The translations under genes were made by a program, and so were the position numbers. Below are positions 11,442 to 25,600 of a stretch of 64,000 nt of DNA, one piece after another (the stretch's first letter is position 1; the number at the start of each line of letters is the position of its first letter). The DNA is from Lama guanicoe. Its lineage: Eukaryota. The stretch spans positions 6,032,399-6,096,398 of the forward strand of contig MU053934.1 of assembly GCA_013239625.1 (NCBI GenBank). The letters are read 5' to 3'. The notes under the pieces were generated by a model. The model did not search any database, was not told the origin of the DNA, and saw nothing but the letters and a program-made list of their open reading frames with translations.

Positions 11442-13457
11442 TATCTTAGTCTGTTCTGACTGTTACAACAAAATATCATAGACTGGGTGGCTTAAACAAC
11501 AGAAATTTATTTTTTCATACTTCTGGAGCCTAGAAGTGCTGGCGATCTGAAGCCAGATCGAGGTGCTGGGAGATTTGGTTTCTAGTGAGAGCTCTCTTGT
11601 TGTTTGCAGACGGCTGGCTGCCTTCTCGCTGTGGCCTCATCTGGCCTTTGGTTGGTGATGCTTGCCTGCAGGGAGAGCAAGGGAGAACTCTCTGGTGTCT
11701 CTTCTAATAAGGACATTAACCCTATTAGATCTGAGCCCTACCCTTGTGACCCCATTTAACCTTAATTACCTCCTTAGAGGCCCTGTTTCCAACACTGGGG
11801 GTTTGGGCTTCCAACATATCTGAGGGGGAACACAAATGTTCAGTCTATAAATTCTGCCTTTGTCTCCCCGAATTCACGTTCTCGTAACATGTAAAATGCA
11901 TTCATTCCATCCCAATAGCCCCAAAATTCTTAACTCTTTTCAGCGTCAACTCTCAAACCCAAAGTCTCAGCTAAATCAGATATGGTTGAGACTGGAGATA
12001 TGATTCGTCCTGAGGCAGAATTCCTCTCCAGCTGTGAACCAATGAAACCAGACAAGTTATAAGCCTTCAAAACACAATGGTGGGACAGGCATGGGATAGA
12101 CATTCCCATTCCAAAAGGGATTAATTGGAAAGAAGAAAGAGATAACAAGCTCCAAGCACGTCCAAAACCCAATGGGGCAAATCCCATTTGATTTATTTTT
12201 TAATTTAATTTTTTTGGAGGGAGGTAATTAGGTATACTTATTAATTTATTTTTGGAGGAGATCCTGGGGATTGAACCCAGGACCTTGGGTATGCTAAGCA
12301 TGTACTCTACCACTTGAGAGATACCCTCCCCACCTCCCATTTGATTTTAAGGCTTAAGAATCATCTTCTGTGGCTTGATGTTCCTCCTTCCTGCCCACGG
12401 GGACACAGCATCACCCCCACAGCTCTGCCAGCAGTTTGGCCCCCAAGGCTCTGGGTGACAACAGCAGGACCTGTTGAAAAGGAGGTGGTGGCCCCACCCT
12501 TTGAAACCAAGAAGGCAGCCCTGATGATCTCTAAATCACCTTCAGGGTTATACTTCCCTTTTCTTAAAGGATAGGACATGTTTGCAGCCAAATAGCTCTG
12601 TGGTCCTGTCCTGTAGAATTCCAGAAGTCCTACCACCTGCCTTCACCATAACCCAGCTTTCTCTGTCCCCTTTAGTTCAAACTGGCATTGTCCCTGCTGC
12701 TTTAATCCCATCTCTATTTCTGACTTCTGCTGATGGCTGATTAGATCCATCCTAATCCTCTTACCGAGGGTTGTGCAGCACACCCTCGGTGTTCTCTTCA
12801 GAACACTCTTTCTCATTTGTTTGCAATATGAATAGGCTGAGAATTTTCTAACTTCAAGTTCTGTTTCCTTTTGTTAAATGACCCCTCCTTCAGTTAACCT
12901 CTCTTTTCTCCCATTTTACCATAAGCAGTAGGCAAACCCATGCCACAACTTTCATACTTTGCTTAGAAAGCTCCTCTGCTAAATAATCCAGTTTCATCAC
13001 CTGCAAATTCTGCCTTCCACCAAACACTGGAACACAATTCAGCCAAGTTCTTTGTTTATAACAAGGATCGCCTTTCCTCCAGTTTCCAGTAACCTGTTGT
13101 TCATATTCATCTGAGGTCTCACCACAATCACCTTGTATTCATATTTCTACCAGCAGTTCCTTCGGGGGTTTTTTTTAGCACATACCTTAAAGCTCCTTCA
13201 GCCTCGTCTCATCATCTGGCTCCAAAGCTGCTTCCGTATTTTTAGCTGTTTTTTACAGCAGAACCCCACCTCTCAGTAGCAAGATGTGTACTAGTCTAGC
13301 CAGGCCACTGAACAAAGTGCTGGATCAGAACCCCACCCCTGTGACCTCATTTAACTGGAATGACTTCCTTAGAGTCCCCATCTCCAAGTACAGGCATGTT
13401 GGGGTTAGGGCTTCAACATTAATTTGAGTGGGGACACAAACATTCAGTTCATAAGCA
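11442..13457 (-). mobile_element. MaLR (MLT1A-like) element: LTR 11442-11850, internal sequence, internally deleted LTR 13287-13457
   Basis: Typical MLT1 ends (tcttagtctg...ttcagtctataa and tgtactagtc...ttcagttcataagca) flanking recognisable MaLR-int sequence; subfamily from recall. Confidence 0.75.
12195..12334 (-). mobile_element. vic-1-like tRNA SINE nested in MaLR internal sequence
   Basis: A/B boxes, AT-rich tail, 13-bp TSD TCCCATTTGATTT (12182-12194, 12335-12347). Confidence 0.88.
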
Positions 13458-13769
13458 CCTATAAAATGTTCTTCCCAGAGGAGGGAAACTGAAGAGGAGG
13501 GAGGGGTGTGGGGCGGTAGGTGCCTGCTGGGGCTGGGAGTGAGGGGGTTTTTGCTCACTGGGCATGTTGTTAATGAGCTGTCTGATGCCCATCTCCCCAG
13601 GCCCTTTGACCCCGGCTCCTGGACCACTGTGTGGCCTTGAACAACTTTCCTAGCCTTTTGGAAGCACTGTTTTCCTGCCTGATGGAGTCACAATGAAATT
13701 TAAATAAATCCCATTTATTTAATGACAACTCGTTTTCATGTAGGGCAGAGCTAGACACACAGCTACCCT

Positions 13770-14225
13770 TTTGTTCAAAACCTCCTGTGATTTCCCATCT
13801 GACTTAGGGTGGAAGCCACAGTCCTTATCCCACTTACAAGACCTCATGTACGGTCCCCCCTGCTGAGCCTCTGACCTTCCCACTCACCACTCTGCCCTCT
13901 GCCTACCCAGCTCCATCCACACTGGGCTCCTTGCTCTTCCTCATATATACCAGTCTCTGCCTCAGGACCTTTGCACTCACTGTTCCTTCTGCCTGAACAC
14001 CTTTCCCAAAACATTCACATGGCTTGTTCCCTTTTATACTCTGATTATAGAGTATATCACTCTAGCTCCTTATTTTTTCCTTCCTTATTACATTTTATAT
14101 TTATTTGTTGTATCCCTCCTCCACCAGAACATATGCTCTAAAAGAGGTGAGACTTTGTCACCTTTGTTAATTGCTGAATCCTCAACAGCCCTAGAACATG
14201 TCAGGCATTCCTTGAGTGCTCAGTG
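13770..14225 (+). mobile_element. L2 remnant
   Basis: ctcaggacctttgcactcactgttccttctgcctg and related L2 motifs. Confidence 0.6.
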
Positions 14226-17200
14226 CACGCATGGCCAGTGGGCCGGCTGGAAGAAGGCTGACCGGCTCACTGAAGCTCCTATTTCAGTGTATGGTAACTG
14301 GGCCCCTGCAGGCTGGTCTTCCCACTAGACTGTGAGCCCTCTGAGGGCAGGGATTTTGTTTCAGTCATGGCCGTGTCCCCTGTACCCAGAGCAGGACTTG
14401 GCACGTTGAAGTGCCCCCTCATCTTTAGTGAGTGAGTGAGTTAAGGGTGTGCGTGTGGTTCCCTCACTTCCCCAGCTCACATAGGGTCACTGTTCAGGTA
14501 GCCTCTGTGGGGTTTTTTTCCAGGCAGTGTGCTTTGTACTTTACCTGCCCCTCTACCCAGGGGGCTGGCACTTACCGGGTGCTTAGTAGTCTGCACTCTG
14601 TGACGGGCATGGTCAGGCAAAGCCAGACCCCCAGACTGCGCAGCTCTCCGGTGGTCTGGGCCACTCCCGTCCTCCCGGGGACCACTGCAGTTGCTGGCAG
14701 AAGGCCCCTTAATTGGGAGCAGGTCAGCACATTACCTGGTGTATAGTGGGTGTCCAGGAAACGTGGGCTTCCTTCCTTTTCTGCCACCTGACCCTCCAGC
14801 TTCCTGCTAGTCATCGGCTAGGCCTACTGACTGACCTGTGTACAGCCCTGTGGGGTGCCAGCTGGAATTGGGACCTCCAGGCCAGGCTCACTGTGCATGC
14901 TGCTGGCAGATGTCCTCTCCTGATCTACCCAAGAAACTTGTCATTCTCTTCACATCCAGCCCAATGACCACCTCCTGCAGATCCTTCCCCGGCCTCCGCC
15001 CATGGATCCACCTCCTCTTCCCCTCAGTTCCCAGGCCCCTTGCACCAAAGCTGGCCTGCACTGCTGCTCGCCTGTCTTTCCCTCCCTCTGGACCAGGAAT
15101 TCTCAGAGGGCAGGGCTGGGCCTGAGTGACTGATTCATTTTGGACCTCCCCCCGCCCCCCACTCCCAGCACCGTGTCTGCCACCCAGTAGGAAACTTGTA
15201 AATATTGGTTGAACTGAGTTAAATCCTGCCTTTCGAGGTCTGTCTTTGCCCTTGGCATAGAGGAGGCTAGGTCACTAGTACGGTGGAGGAGTCAGAAAAT
15301 CTTTGCATAGGAGGGGGCATAGTGGTCCCCTCCCTCTGCAGCCTGGGTCCCAGGGTGACCTGGGCCTCCAACTTGGTGTTACTTTATATGAGTAGGAGTT
15401 TTAGCAGTAATTTACTCTCCTGGGGGAGCGGGTATCTGAAGGCCCCAGGCCTGTGCACCTCCACTGGGCACCCCTTGTTCATGGCCGACCTTGCATGTGG
15501 TGGCATCCTTTCTTTAAAGCACTGCCAGCCTGGCAGTGTTGCTCATGAGATGCCATCTGTTTGCCAGCCCTGGCCTGTCCCTTTACTCTCAACGAAATGA
15601 ATCTAGAGTGGTCGATACATAGATCCTAGGACAGGAAATTGGGAGAAACATGTTTTTGAACAGGAGCCTTCCCCTAGATCACTCCACAGACACATCTGCC
15701 TTTTCTGGGACGTGATCATTCATGGACACCAAGCTTAGGCTCAGTGAGCGGTTCCACCTCTACAGTGCCTTTGAGAAGGGAGGGCAGCAGTGTCTTTCCC
15801 AAACTGATGTCGGTAATTGTAGGCCTTGTGATCTCTCAGCCTCACTCTCCCCATCTCTCAAACGTGGGTCCCAGCACGGCCCAGCCGCCAGGGTCATCAG
15901 TCAGGATCGGAGAAAATGTGGGCGATGACAGTGATTTCATAAGCCATCACGTGCAGCCTGTTAGAAAGTCTCCCTTCCCTGACACCAGGGAGCCAACTCC
16001 TATTCAACCTTCAAAGCCCAACTCAAACATCTCCCCCTTTAAGGAACTTCCTCTTTCTTTGTGCCTCATCCCAGCCTGTTTCTCTTTTTAAGTGTCTACT
16101 ATGATTTGTTAAGTGTCTACTATGTACCAGGCCCTGAAATGAGTGCCTTCTGTGTATTAATCCTGTCGGTGGGCACTATTTGTAATCTCCGTTTTACACA
16201 GCAGGAAACTGCTGCTCAGAGGGGCAGAGTAACCTACTCAGAGATCTGAATCCCCCTCCATAGCCCCTGTGCGTGGCTGTGCTGCTGTTTCAGGGTCTCA
16301 GTGGTCAGAGAAGTGGATTCATTCCCACTGGGTAAGGAGCCTCCTTCATACTGCCTGGGGTCGAGAATGTTTATTCCGTGGCATGGGATTCAGACTTATC
16401 AGGAATCACCACTGAGATGGCTGCAGGCAGCATTTGCTTCTCTGTTAAATCTGCTCAGACCTCGGAGGCCAAGAGAACTGGCTCAGAGATGTGTCTTTGA
16501 CCCCTGAGATTTTCTGAGAGGACTGCGGGCCCAAGGGGCCCAGGCGGGGAATAAGGCAGGAGCTCCCATGAGGCATGGGCTGGTGTGGGGAGCTTGACCA
16601 CAGAGGTAAAGAGAGGCTCTTAGCTGCGGAAGACAGGGTCTGATTTGTGGTTTGAAAGACCCTTGTGATGGCCTTGAGGAGGTGGGGGCAGCTAGGCGGC
16701 TGGCCCCGGTATGCTGTCTGGGGTGGGCAACACCCCAAGTTGTGCGAAGGGATAGGCTGGAGACCCAGGTCAAAGTGGCAGAGCGTGGCAGCCATGAGCA
16801 TGGCAGCTGTGGCCTGGCCCTGTGCTGCTAGTGGCCCAGGCCCACAGGGCCTTCTCCCCTCTCATGGCTCCCCTGCCAGGGCTGGCTGTGCTGCATGGTG
16901 CTGACTTGTGCACCCTTGTCTTTCCCACCAGAAGAGCAGGGCAAGGATTGGGTCTGACCCCAGGTTCCTACGAAATAGGACGGATGGCCATGCGATGGCC
17001 CCATTGAAGGGATCAGGAGGGACTCCGTGGAGGAGCTAGGCTTTGAGGGATGGTTAGGATTTCGTTCACAGGATGGAGAGGAGCATGACTGCATAGGTGG
17101 AAGGAACTGCAAAGGCGAAGACCAGGAGGCAGGAAACCCCAGCAGCCTGTTCTGGCTGGAGGTCGGGCATGGGGTGTGGCTGTGAGAATGAAGAGAGCTT

Positions 17201-18677
17201 GTGTCACGGACAGGGACACTGAGGATGAGAGACCTGACCGTGGCTCCTACAGAGACCAAGATCTTGGCCGTTGTGTCCATCCCAGGAAACACTTGCAGAG
17301 TTTTTGGCAAGAGGGAGGAGCAGTGTTGGATGACACACACTCCCACATTGTTGGACTTGCTCTGAGCCAGACTCTGCACCTGTCATCTCCTAAACCCTCA
17401 CGACAGCCAGTGCGGCGGGAGTGCCATCAACCCCCCTTTTCCCATCAGGAAGATGACCAAAGCCCAAAGTCACATTGTGTGAAAATGCTGGCCTCACACC
17501 CAGGTCTGAGTCCAGAGCCCCAGCCCAAGGCCCTGGCAAGGCAAACAGACGTGTAGCAAGCACATGCCAAGGGCCTTAGCTCTGTTGAGGTGAGGTGGTG
17601 TGAACAGCACTGTTCTGGGAGCCTGAAGACTTGGTGTGGCTCCACCCCTCCCTGAGAAGGACCGGCAGGAGGCAGGAGGTTCTGTGGCCTGAGCTCCTTT
17701 CTTCCACACTCTCATCTCCTTGGAGCCTCACAGCCACCCTGCCTGTCCCAGGCAACACAGCGTCTCCTGGCTCAGAGTGTGGGCAAGGACGTGACCTTTG
17801 TCTGACAAGCTGGGTCCCAGCCCCATTTGCCTTCTCACTGATCAACTGACCTTGGGAAAGATGGATTGCACTTCTTTGTGCCTCATTTTCCTCATCTGTA
17901 AAATGAGGTTAGTGACCCCTGCTCCGTGTACCTGATAGGGTTGTTGTGAGGACAATGTGGTCGAACGCAGATGGAAATAAAAAACAAGAAAGTAGAGAAT
18001 TTTTAGAAGGTATCAATTTGATAAACTTGCTGCCTGTCCAAAATAATTGGGTGTTTTTTTTTCACCTTTTTACACCTCATTGCCAGTGAGGCAGTGAGGA
18101 TCCACTCAGTCTGCATCTGGCCCTTGCAGGTGCTGTGAGGGGGCCCAGGTACAAAGCGGGAGGGAGGTCCTGCAGTTGTGGGCTGGGCAGTTCCACCTCC
18201 CAGCCTTGCCTACAGTCCTCTCGAAGTAATCGTTGGATGGCGCAGGGCATGGAAAGGGTTCATGAGTGGCTGGGACAGAAAGTGCTGGCTAGCTGGGTGG
18301 TGGGTGCCCCAGGCTCAGGTTCTGACCCAGGAGAAGGCCCAGCCCGCCCGCCCGGGGCTGTCACTGGGTGGGACCAGCTGACTTCCAGTGGGCTTTCCAG
18401 TCCAAACACGGCAGCATGGAGAGGGAGCCAGGCAGGCTGTTTGGATCTGGCTGTGCACTCCCTTCTCCCAGGGGAGTCACCCTAGAGATATCAGACCCCT
18501 AGCTGCTCTGCCTGAGCCTCCCTTCTCCGTGAACACCCCCACCTTTGGTTTTCACTCCCTTCCTCTCTGGAGCACATCCTTGTGAGCGGGAGAGAGTGCT
18601 TGGTGAGGGGTTGGGGGAGCAGACAGTGACTGGCCCGCTGACTGCCTGATGGACTGTGTTCTGTCCCGCAGAGACTG

Positions 18678-18730
18678 ATGGAGAGGCAGAGGCGGAAGGC
18701 GGACATCGAGAAGGGACTGCAGTTCATTCA
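18678..18730 (+). CDS. ZC3H7B: ZC3H7B exon 2 (first coding; exon starts 18672) MERQRRKADIEKGLQFIQ
   Basis: cgcag|AGACTGATG acceptor, CA|gtgagt donor, 53 coding nt. Confidence 0.95.
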
Positions 18731-19645
18731 GTGAGTGTGCGGAGGGCCGGCTGGGCGGGGCTCCTCTGAGGCCATCCCTGGTGCGCATGCGCTCTCCAGC
18801 TCTCCTTTTCTTGCTCTCTGAGCCTTTGCTGTACAGGCTCACTGTGCGTTGGGAAGTGAAGAGGTGGGCCAAGCTAGCTAGCAATGGGCTGGCGTGGCAG
18901 GGGCCAGAGGTTCCTCTAACTTTGAGCCAGGAACCCTACATGCATACGCTCTCCCTGGCCCTGGTTACCCTTTGGTCTCGTCCAGTGTATCATTTTACCC
19001 TCAGCCTCCACGCATGCTCCTACACGCCCTGTTAATTCTCTTGTTTGTCTGTGCATGTCTCACAATAAATCAATCGTCCTTGCTTATTGAGCACGTCTTT
19101 CAGGCTCAGTGCTGGGGCCTTCACACCCATCATCTCCCTGATCTTCCCAACAGCCTAGTAAAGTAGGTGGTCTAATCTCCATTTTGTAGATGAGAAAGCT
19201 GAGGCTCAGAGAGGTTGAGAATTTGTTCACAGTTACACATAGTGATTAAGTTATGGGATTCTAAGCTGGATCTCACTGACTCTAAACCCCACATTTCTTT
19301 ACATTATTACCCTCTGTACCTACATGCCATGTTTGTGTTTTCATTTTTTTCTTTACACATGAAATATTTTTACTAACTTTTTTCTGATCTCTTAAATGGA
19401 CCCTCAGAGGCGTGTTTATCTCTAATAAAGGGTATAAGCTTCAGGCCCCTTCCTTGCACTGGTTCTTTCTGAAGCCCTGAAAAGCTCTCTTGTAATTGTT
19501 TCTAATTTCGTGTTCTTTTTCTTAAATAGGACTCCACACAAAACCGGAATTTGCATCCACATCCCCTCATATACTCCCCACTTTTGTTCTCTAACACAGA
19601 CCTGCAAAACGAAACCTACCTTTTCACCACAAGCTCATCTCTTTC

Positions 19646-19690
<45 letters not shown>

Positions 19691-22600
19691 GATCCACTCC
19701 TCTTTGTATTCACACAACACACTCTCTTTCCTCAGCTTGCAATGCGGTCACTTTTCCTGGTTCAGGCCAGCTCAGAGCTGTGGCCCACCCTTCACTAGGG
19801 GTTGGTCTTCCACTGGGGGAGGGAGGGCTTTGATTAGGGCTGAGTGCCCAGGTTTTACTCAGAGGCTGGTCTGGTGAATGGGGTGAGCCTTGGGAATACT
19901 GTTTTTCATGAGAATTCTATCTTTAAGTCACTGATTTCTGTGGAGCCAGACCTCTGAACCCCAGACCTAGATCTCATTCCAGTTCCCATGCTTCCTGGTG
20001 GTCTCTGTGCCTGTGAAACAGGGATAATGCCACTTCCCTCCCAAGGTCATTGTGCTTGGGGTAGATGTTAACTCTGTGGTCTCCTGTCCCTTTCCAGAGG
20101 GGAGTTCTGAGGTTTAGCCACAGGACTCCTAAGGGGCTGCTTCGCAGGATAACACAGCAAGGCCTGCTCCTTTTTCTTTTTTTTAATTAATTTATTTTTT
20201 AAAAATTTTTTAGGGGGTAATTAGATTTTTATTTATTTATCTTTAATGGAGGTAACGGGGATTGAACCCAGGACCTTGTGCATGCTAGGCACATACTCTA
20301 CCACTGAGCTGTACCCTTCCCCAGATCTGCTCCTTTTAAAATGATTGTTTCCTCACATACAGACTTTGTGTGCTTAGCGAGCATTTATTAGACACCTCTG
20401 GGCACAGAGCATTGTAGGATCCATCAAGTGATTTGGACAGGTGGGTGGCTGATTGTGTAGGGCCTTAAACACCAGGATGAGGTGACCTTGAGGACAGTGT
20501 GACCTGTTGAAGCTGAAGCTGATGCTGGCAGGGGAGAGGCTGGAGGTGGGGACCGGTCAGGGTAGTGATGGGGGCCTGGGCAGGCCCTGATCTCTGATGG
20601 TGGGGACACAAGCGAGAGGGTGGGTGACAGGCCCCACTGTCACTGTCCTCCTGCCACACACACAGGGTGTGACACCTCCGGTGTCTCCTCTCACTGCTTC
20701 TCACTCATTAGCTTAGGCTGCTCTTTCCTGCCTAGGTGTTCACGGTGGCTCTGGGCAGCAGAAGGAGCCCCAGCCTTGCACTCTGGCCCTGGCTCTGACC
20801 TGCTGTGTCAGACCTTGGGCAAGTCGCTGCCCCTCTCTGAGTGTCTCTTTTCCCCTCTGTGACATGAGGGACCAGGAGACAAACCCCGGCATCCCTCCCA
20901 GCCCTGCCATTTAGCCTCGCAGATGTGCCCCAGTGCTCCCGGGCTGACACTCTCTTCTGTGCTGAGCTGGCCTTTCCTTGGCTGTAGGCAGGAGAGGGTG
21001 CCTCAGGGCCATCTGCTTTGTCGAGTCTGGCATGAGGGGTTAGGTTCTCAGTCCCCAGCATTGGCTGGGGGTGTGTGTGTGTTTGCGGGAAGGGACAGGA
21101 GATGTGCAGAGACTCCCACACTAAAGGGCCTCGAGGTGGACTTTGTGCCGCCAGTCAGCCCACAGTTGCAGTTCGGTTTTGTGGGGCTGGAGCTGGTCTG
21201 CTCCTTCTCAGCATCTGCGCCTGGAAGAGCCTGCCTGCCAAGCCCAGGGCGAACACAAGCCCTCCTTCCAGCCTCCCATGGGAAACACAGGCCGGCATGG
21301 TATTGCCTTAGGGAGGAAAAACTGCTGTCTTGTCACCCCAAGTCTGAGATCAGAGCTGGGGGTCCCACTCCAGGCACGCCTCTAACCTGTGGCTCTGGCT
21401 CCTGGGTCTCCATGAAGCTGGGAAGCCTGGGCCCACCCAGACCTCAAGTCCTTCTCTTTCCCTGTAGGTCGACACTACCCCTGAAGCAAGAAGAGTATGA
21501 GGTGAGTGTCAGCCTCCGGCTGGGGGAAGGAGAAGGGCAGGGTGTCCGTGGGCCAGGGTGTCCAGGGCCAGGGCGGGGCTGGGTGCAGAAGGCCCCCTGA
21601 CCCCCCGTGCCCTGCCCCCCGCAGGCCTTCCTGCTCAAGCTGGTGCAGAACCTGTTTGCTGAGGGCAACGACCTGTTCCGGGAGAAGGACTACAAGCAGG
21701 CCCTGGTGCAGTACATGGAGGGGCTGAACGTGGCCGACTACGCCGCCTCTGACCAGGTGGCCCTGCCCCGCGAGCTGCTGTGCAAGCTGCACGTCAACAG
21801 GGCCGCCTGCTACTTCACCATGGTGAGCCCTGCCCGAGGCCCGGCCGAGCCGGCCCGCGCCCCGCGGGCCTCTGTCTCCTCCTGGCAGAGTCTCATCCGC
21901 GGCTCCCCAGCTCTCAACCCCAGCTGCACGGCAGACTCGCCTGCAGAGCTCTTAAAGTACTAATACATACTTAGAAATTCTTTTAATGAAGCTGGTGCCC
22001 AAGCTCTATCCCAGATGAATTAAGTTAGACTTTCAGGGTGGCCTGGGCATTGGCACGAGTCTGTGGGCGGTCAGGGCCGAGAGCCTCCACCCTTATCGTC
22101 TGCTGCCTCCGTCAGCAAACCTCGGACGCTCCTGCTCCTCCCTCCTCGGCTCCTTCCCTCCATCGTACCTTCCTTCTTTCTCTAGACTTCCGGTCTCCTC
22201 TTCTCTCCTCCTTAAGGCTCCAGCCTCCTCCTCATCCCTGTCCTCACTCACTGACTCAGTCGTTCACGAGATCCTATGGGAGGCTCTGCTGTGGGCCCTT
22301 AGAGGTTCCGGGAACACCTCTGCAATCCAGACTGGACCATTCTGGATAAACGAGTCTACCAGATGCCTGTGCACACTTTGTTCTGTGTGCCAAACCACCT
22401 TCATGGTTCCACTTCCTCGAGAGATGCCTTTATCACTTACTCTCAGTCCACGGTGTTCTGAGTGGCCAGGCTCATCACTGTAGAATTTGAAGGCCACCCC
22501 TGATGTTGGGCCAGTGCCCACTGGCAGCCCCTTCAGCTGGATACACGGATGCCCTTGACTGAGTCTGAACACCAGAGCTGTTTCCCGGAGCTCTTGAGTC

Positions 22601-25600
22601 CCCTCCCTGACCCCGGGCCTCAGTCCAGGGCAGGAAGAGAGGCCTGGGGGAGGGAGGGAGGGTAACGGGCGCTGACTGGTGGCCGCCTGCTCCTCTCCGG
22701 CAGGGCCTGTATGAGAAGGCGCTGGAGGACAGCGAGAAGGCTCTGGGCCTGGACAGCGAGAACATCCGGGCGCTGTTTCGCAAGGCGCGTGCCCTCACCG
22801 AGCTGGGGCGCCACAAGGAGGCCTACGCGTGCAGCAGCCGGTGCTCCCTGGCCCTGCCCCACGTGAGTGCGGCTCTGCGTCCACACCAGGGGAGTCCAGG
22901 CCCTCACGCTGGCCCTCACTTGGGCCGAGCACCACACCTCTCCGAGCCTGACTTTCCTCCTCTGAGACGTGGAGTTGCAGACACTGATAGTAACACTGGG
23001 CTGGGATGCGTGCCAGGCATTGCTAAAAACACATGTGCATTAGCTTACTTAATCCTTGAGACAATCCTTTGAGGTAGAAATGATTATTATCCCCATTTTA
23101 AAGAAGAGGAAACTGAGGCATAGAGAGAAAGGAATTTACACAAGATCCCCAGCTAGGTGGTGGCAGACTAAGATTTGAACCCAGGCAATCTGATTCTTAA
23201 CCTCAGCACACTGAGAGTACAGGGTTGCAGTGAGGACTTTAGGGGGTGCCACATGTGCCGGGTCCTGACGTTCAGGCTGTCCCTAGATGGAGAAGAGACA
23301 ATGGGAAATAACCAATTGAAGGTCTTGCTTGTCCCAGCCCACACACGGCTGGGCACATGTCCCCTCCCCATGTATTCTTCAACAAGTGTTTACTAAGTGC
23401 CCACGCCCAGACCTTTATCTTTCAGGGACACACAGTCCACTAGGAGGCAAATGAGAACAGCCCTGGGGTCTGGACCTGGCTCCACCACTGAGCCCTGGCA
23501 TGATCTTGGACAAAGCACTTCCCCTCTCTGCACATGAGTTCCACATCTATAAAGTTCCTACTTTCTCTCTGAAATAATGGGTGTAAAAGGGCTTGGAGAA
23601 GGGTAAATCCTGCCCAGGAAGGGCTGAGAAGGCTCAGGATTGGTCAGGATCCTGGAGGGCTCCCTGGAGGAGGCAGTGCTTGAGTGGGGCTGGAAGAAAC
23701 AAGAAGAATTTGGGTGGGCAGAGCAGACAGGAGGCTGTATGCACAGTGATGGGGGAATACTGTGCCAGAGAACTGGCCTGGGTTTCAGTTTTAATCTTAG
23801 GTCTGCCACCTACTAGCTGTGTGACCTTGGACAGGGTTTAGTGGCCTCTGTGGCTTGGTTTGCACCCCTGTAAAGCGGGTGATAACATACCATGCATCGG
23901 CGTTGTACTGAGGATGGAACCAGTGAATCGCACAGGGCAATTGTCACAATGGCTGGACACAATAAGTGTTCAGAACATTCACTGTTACTTTACTTCTGGC
24001 TTATTATTCTTGCTTCTCCGATTCAGTTTACTTCCCAACTGAGAAGTAGTCCCTGACTTGGACCCCATTCTCCAGTGTCCACAGCAGGTCCATATCCAGG
24101 TCTCATAGGACCCGCTCTTGGAAGGGCAGGGTGGCTGTACAGGTCAGGGAGCTGGGACCCACGAGGGCTGGGAACTCCCCTGAGGAAAGTACCCAAACGA
24201 GGACTTCTGACGTTGAGTCAGAGAATTCCCCCCCTTTTCCAGGCTTTGTGGGCATACCCTGACTGGGCCCTGCTCTGTGCTGGGCTCCAGGACCAGAGGT
24301 GACTCAGACCATGGGCTCCAGGAGTTCATCAGAGAGGTGGGGAGGTGGATGAATGCCCAGGACGCCACAGCATCCACGTTGCCGCTTTGCAGCCCAGACT
24401 GCAGTCACCGTTTCTCTGTTTACTGATCGGTTTCCCCACTAGAATGGAGCCTCCATGAGGCCTGGGCCCCATCTTGCTGTGACTGTGGTGTTCCCGGCCC
24501 CTCGCTTGTGCCAGGCATGCAGTACACAGTCAGGAGTACAGACCTGAAGGGAGGAAGGAATGCTGGGTGCTGTTGTACAGTCCGTTCCAGGCTTCACACG
24601 TCCTCGCTCCTTTGGGCCTGTGCTCCAGCCACGTGTCCTCACTTGCAAAAAGTTCCAAGACATTTTTTGGTGAAAGAAGCAAGTTGTAGAACAAACAATA
24701 GATATAATAAGAGTCCCCTCATATTAAAAAAAAAAGAAAGAAAGAAAGAGAAAATCCCCACAAAGCAGAACTAAGTGTCCTTTGTAGTCCATGTGCGTGG
24801 ACTGTGCAAGTTCCTAGATAAGATCTGTCGGGAAACACGCAGCCTTGCTGGCTGTGCTCCCTGGGGAGGAGCCCAGGCCAAGGGTGGGGCTGACCCAGGG
24901 GAGCACTTGCTCTGTCTCCAACACTTTAGTCCTCTACAGTGACATCGTTACTTACAAATTATGGAAATGAAAAGCTAATGTTAAAATAAAACCCCCTGAA
25001 TTTTCCTTTCCACTCCCCACAATAAAAGGAAAAAGAGAAGCACGGGTCCCTGTCCCCAGTCCCACCACGTGCTAGCTGTGTGACTTTGGCAGCCAGCGTC
25101 CCCTCCCAGGGCCTTGCTCCCTTCTCCGTAACATGGGGTAACTGACTGCAGGTCACTAACAGGGCTGCAAGATGTCCGACCACAGCTTTGGGAGTCAGGA
25201 CAGACTGACCCACTCTACCCTGTGTCTTGCTTTCCCAGGATGAAAGTGTAACTCAGCTTGGTCAGGAGCTGGCTCAGAAGCTTGGGCTGCGGGTTCGGAA
25301 GGCATATAAGAGGCCTCAGGTAATGGGGCTCTGGGCGCTGGGGCCTGGGCAGGGGTGGAGACGGGGAGACCTGAAGAAGGGGGCCAGGCGCCTTCAGGAG
25401 AAGTGTGTGGGGGTGGCCGGGGCCAGGCCAGGACAGAGGGTGACGGCAGGTGATCTTCCCCGTCTGTTGGCTGAACGCCCTGGAATGATTTCCAGAACCT
25501 TTTGGAAAAGGAAAGAACAGCCAGAGCTTCCAGCTTACCTTAGATGCCAGCTGTTAAATCCCACCCTCCCCGCCCCGGCCTGGCCGACTTCAACACCCTG

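Noticed and set aside
16088..16124. Direct repeat TTAAGTGTCTACTATG twice
   Set aside because: Small local duplication at a MIR edge; only two units, not an array
21502..21624. Intron 3 is 123 nt (a multiple of 3), so retention might be in frame
   Set aside because: Contains an in-frame TGA at 21598-21600
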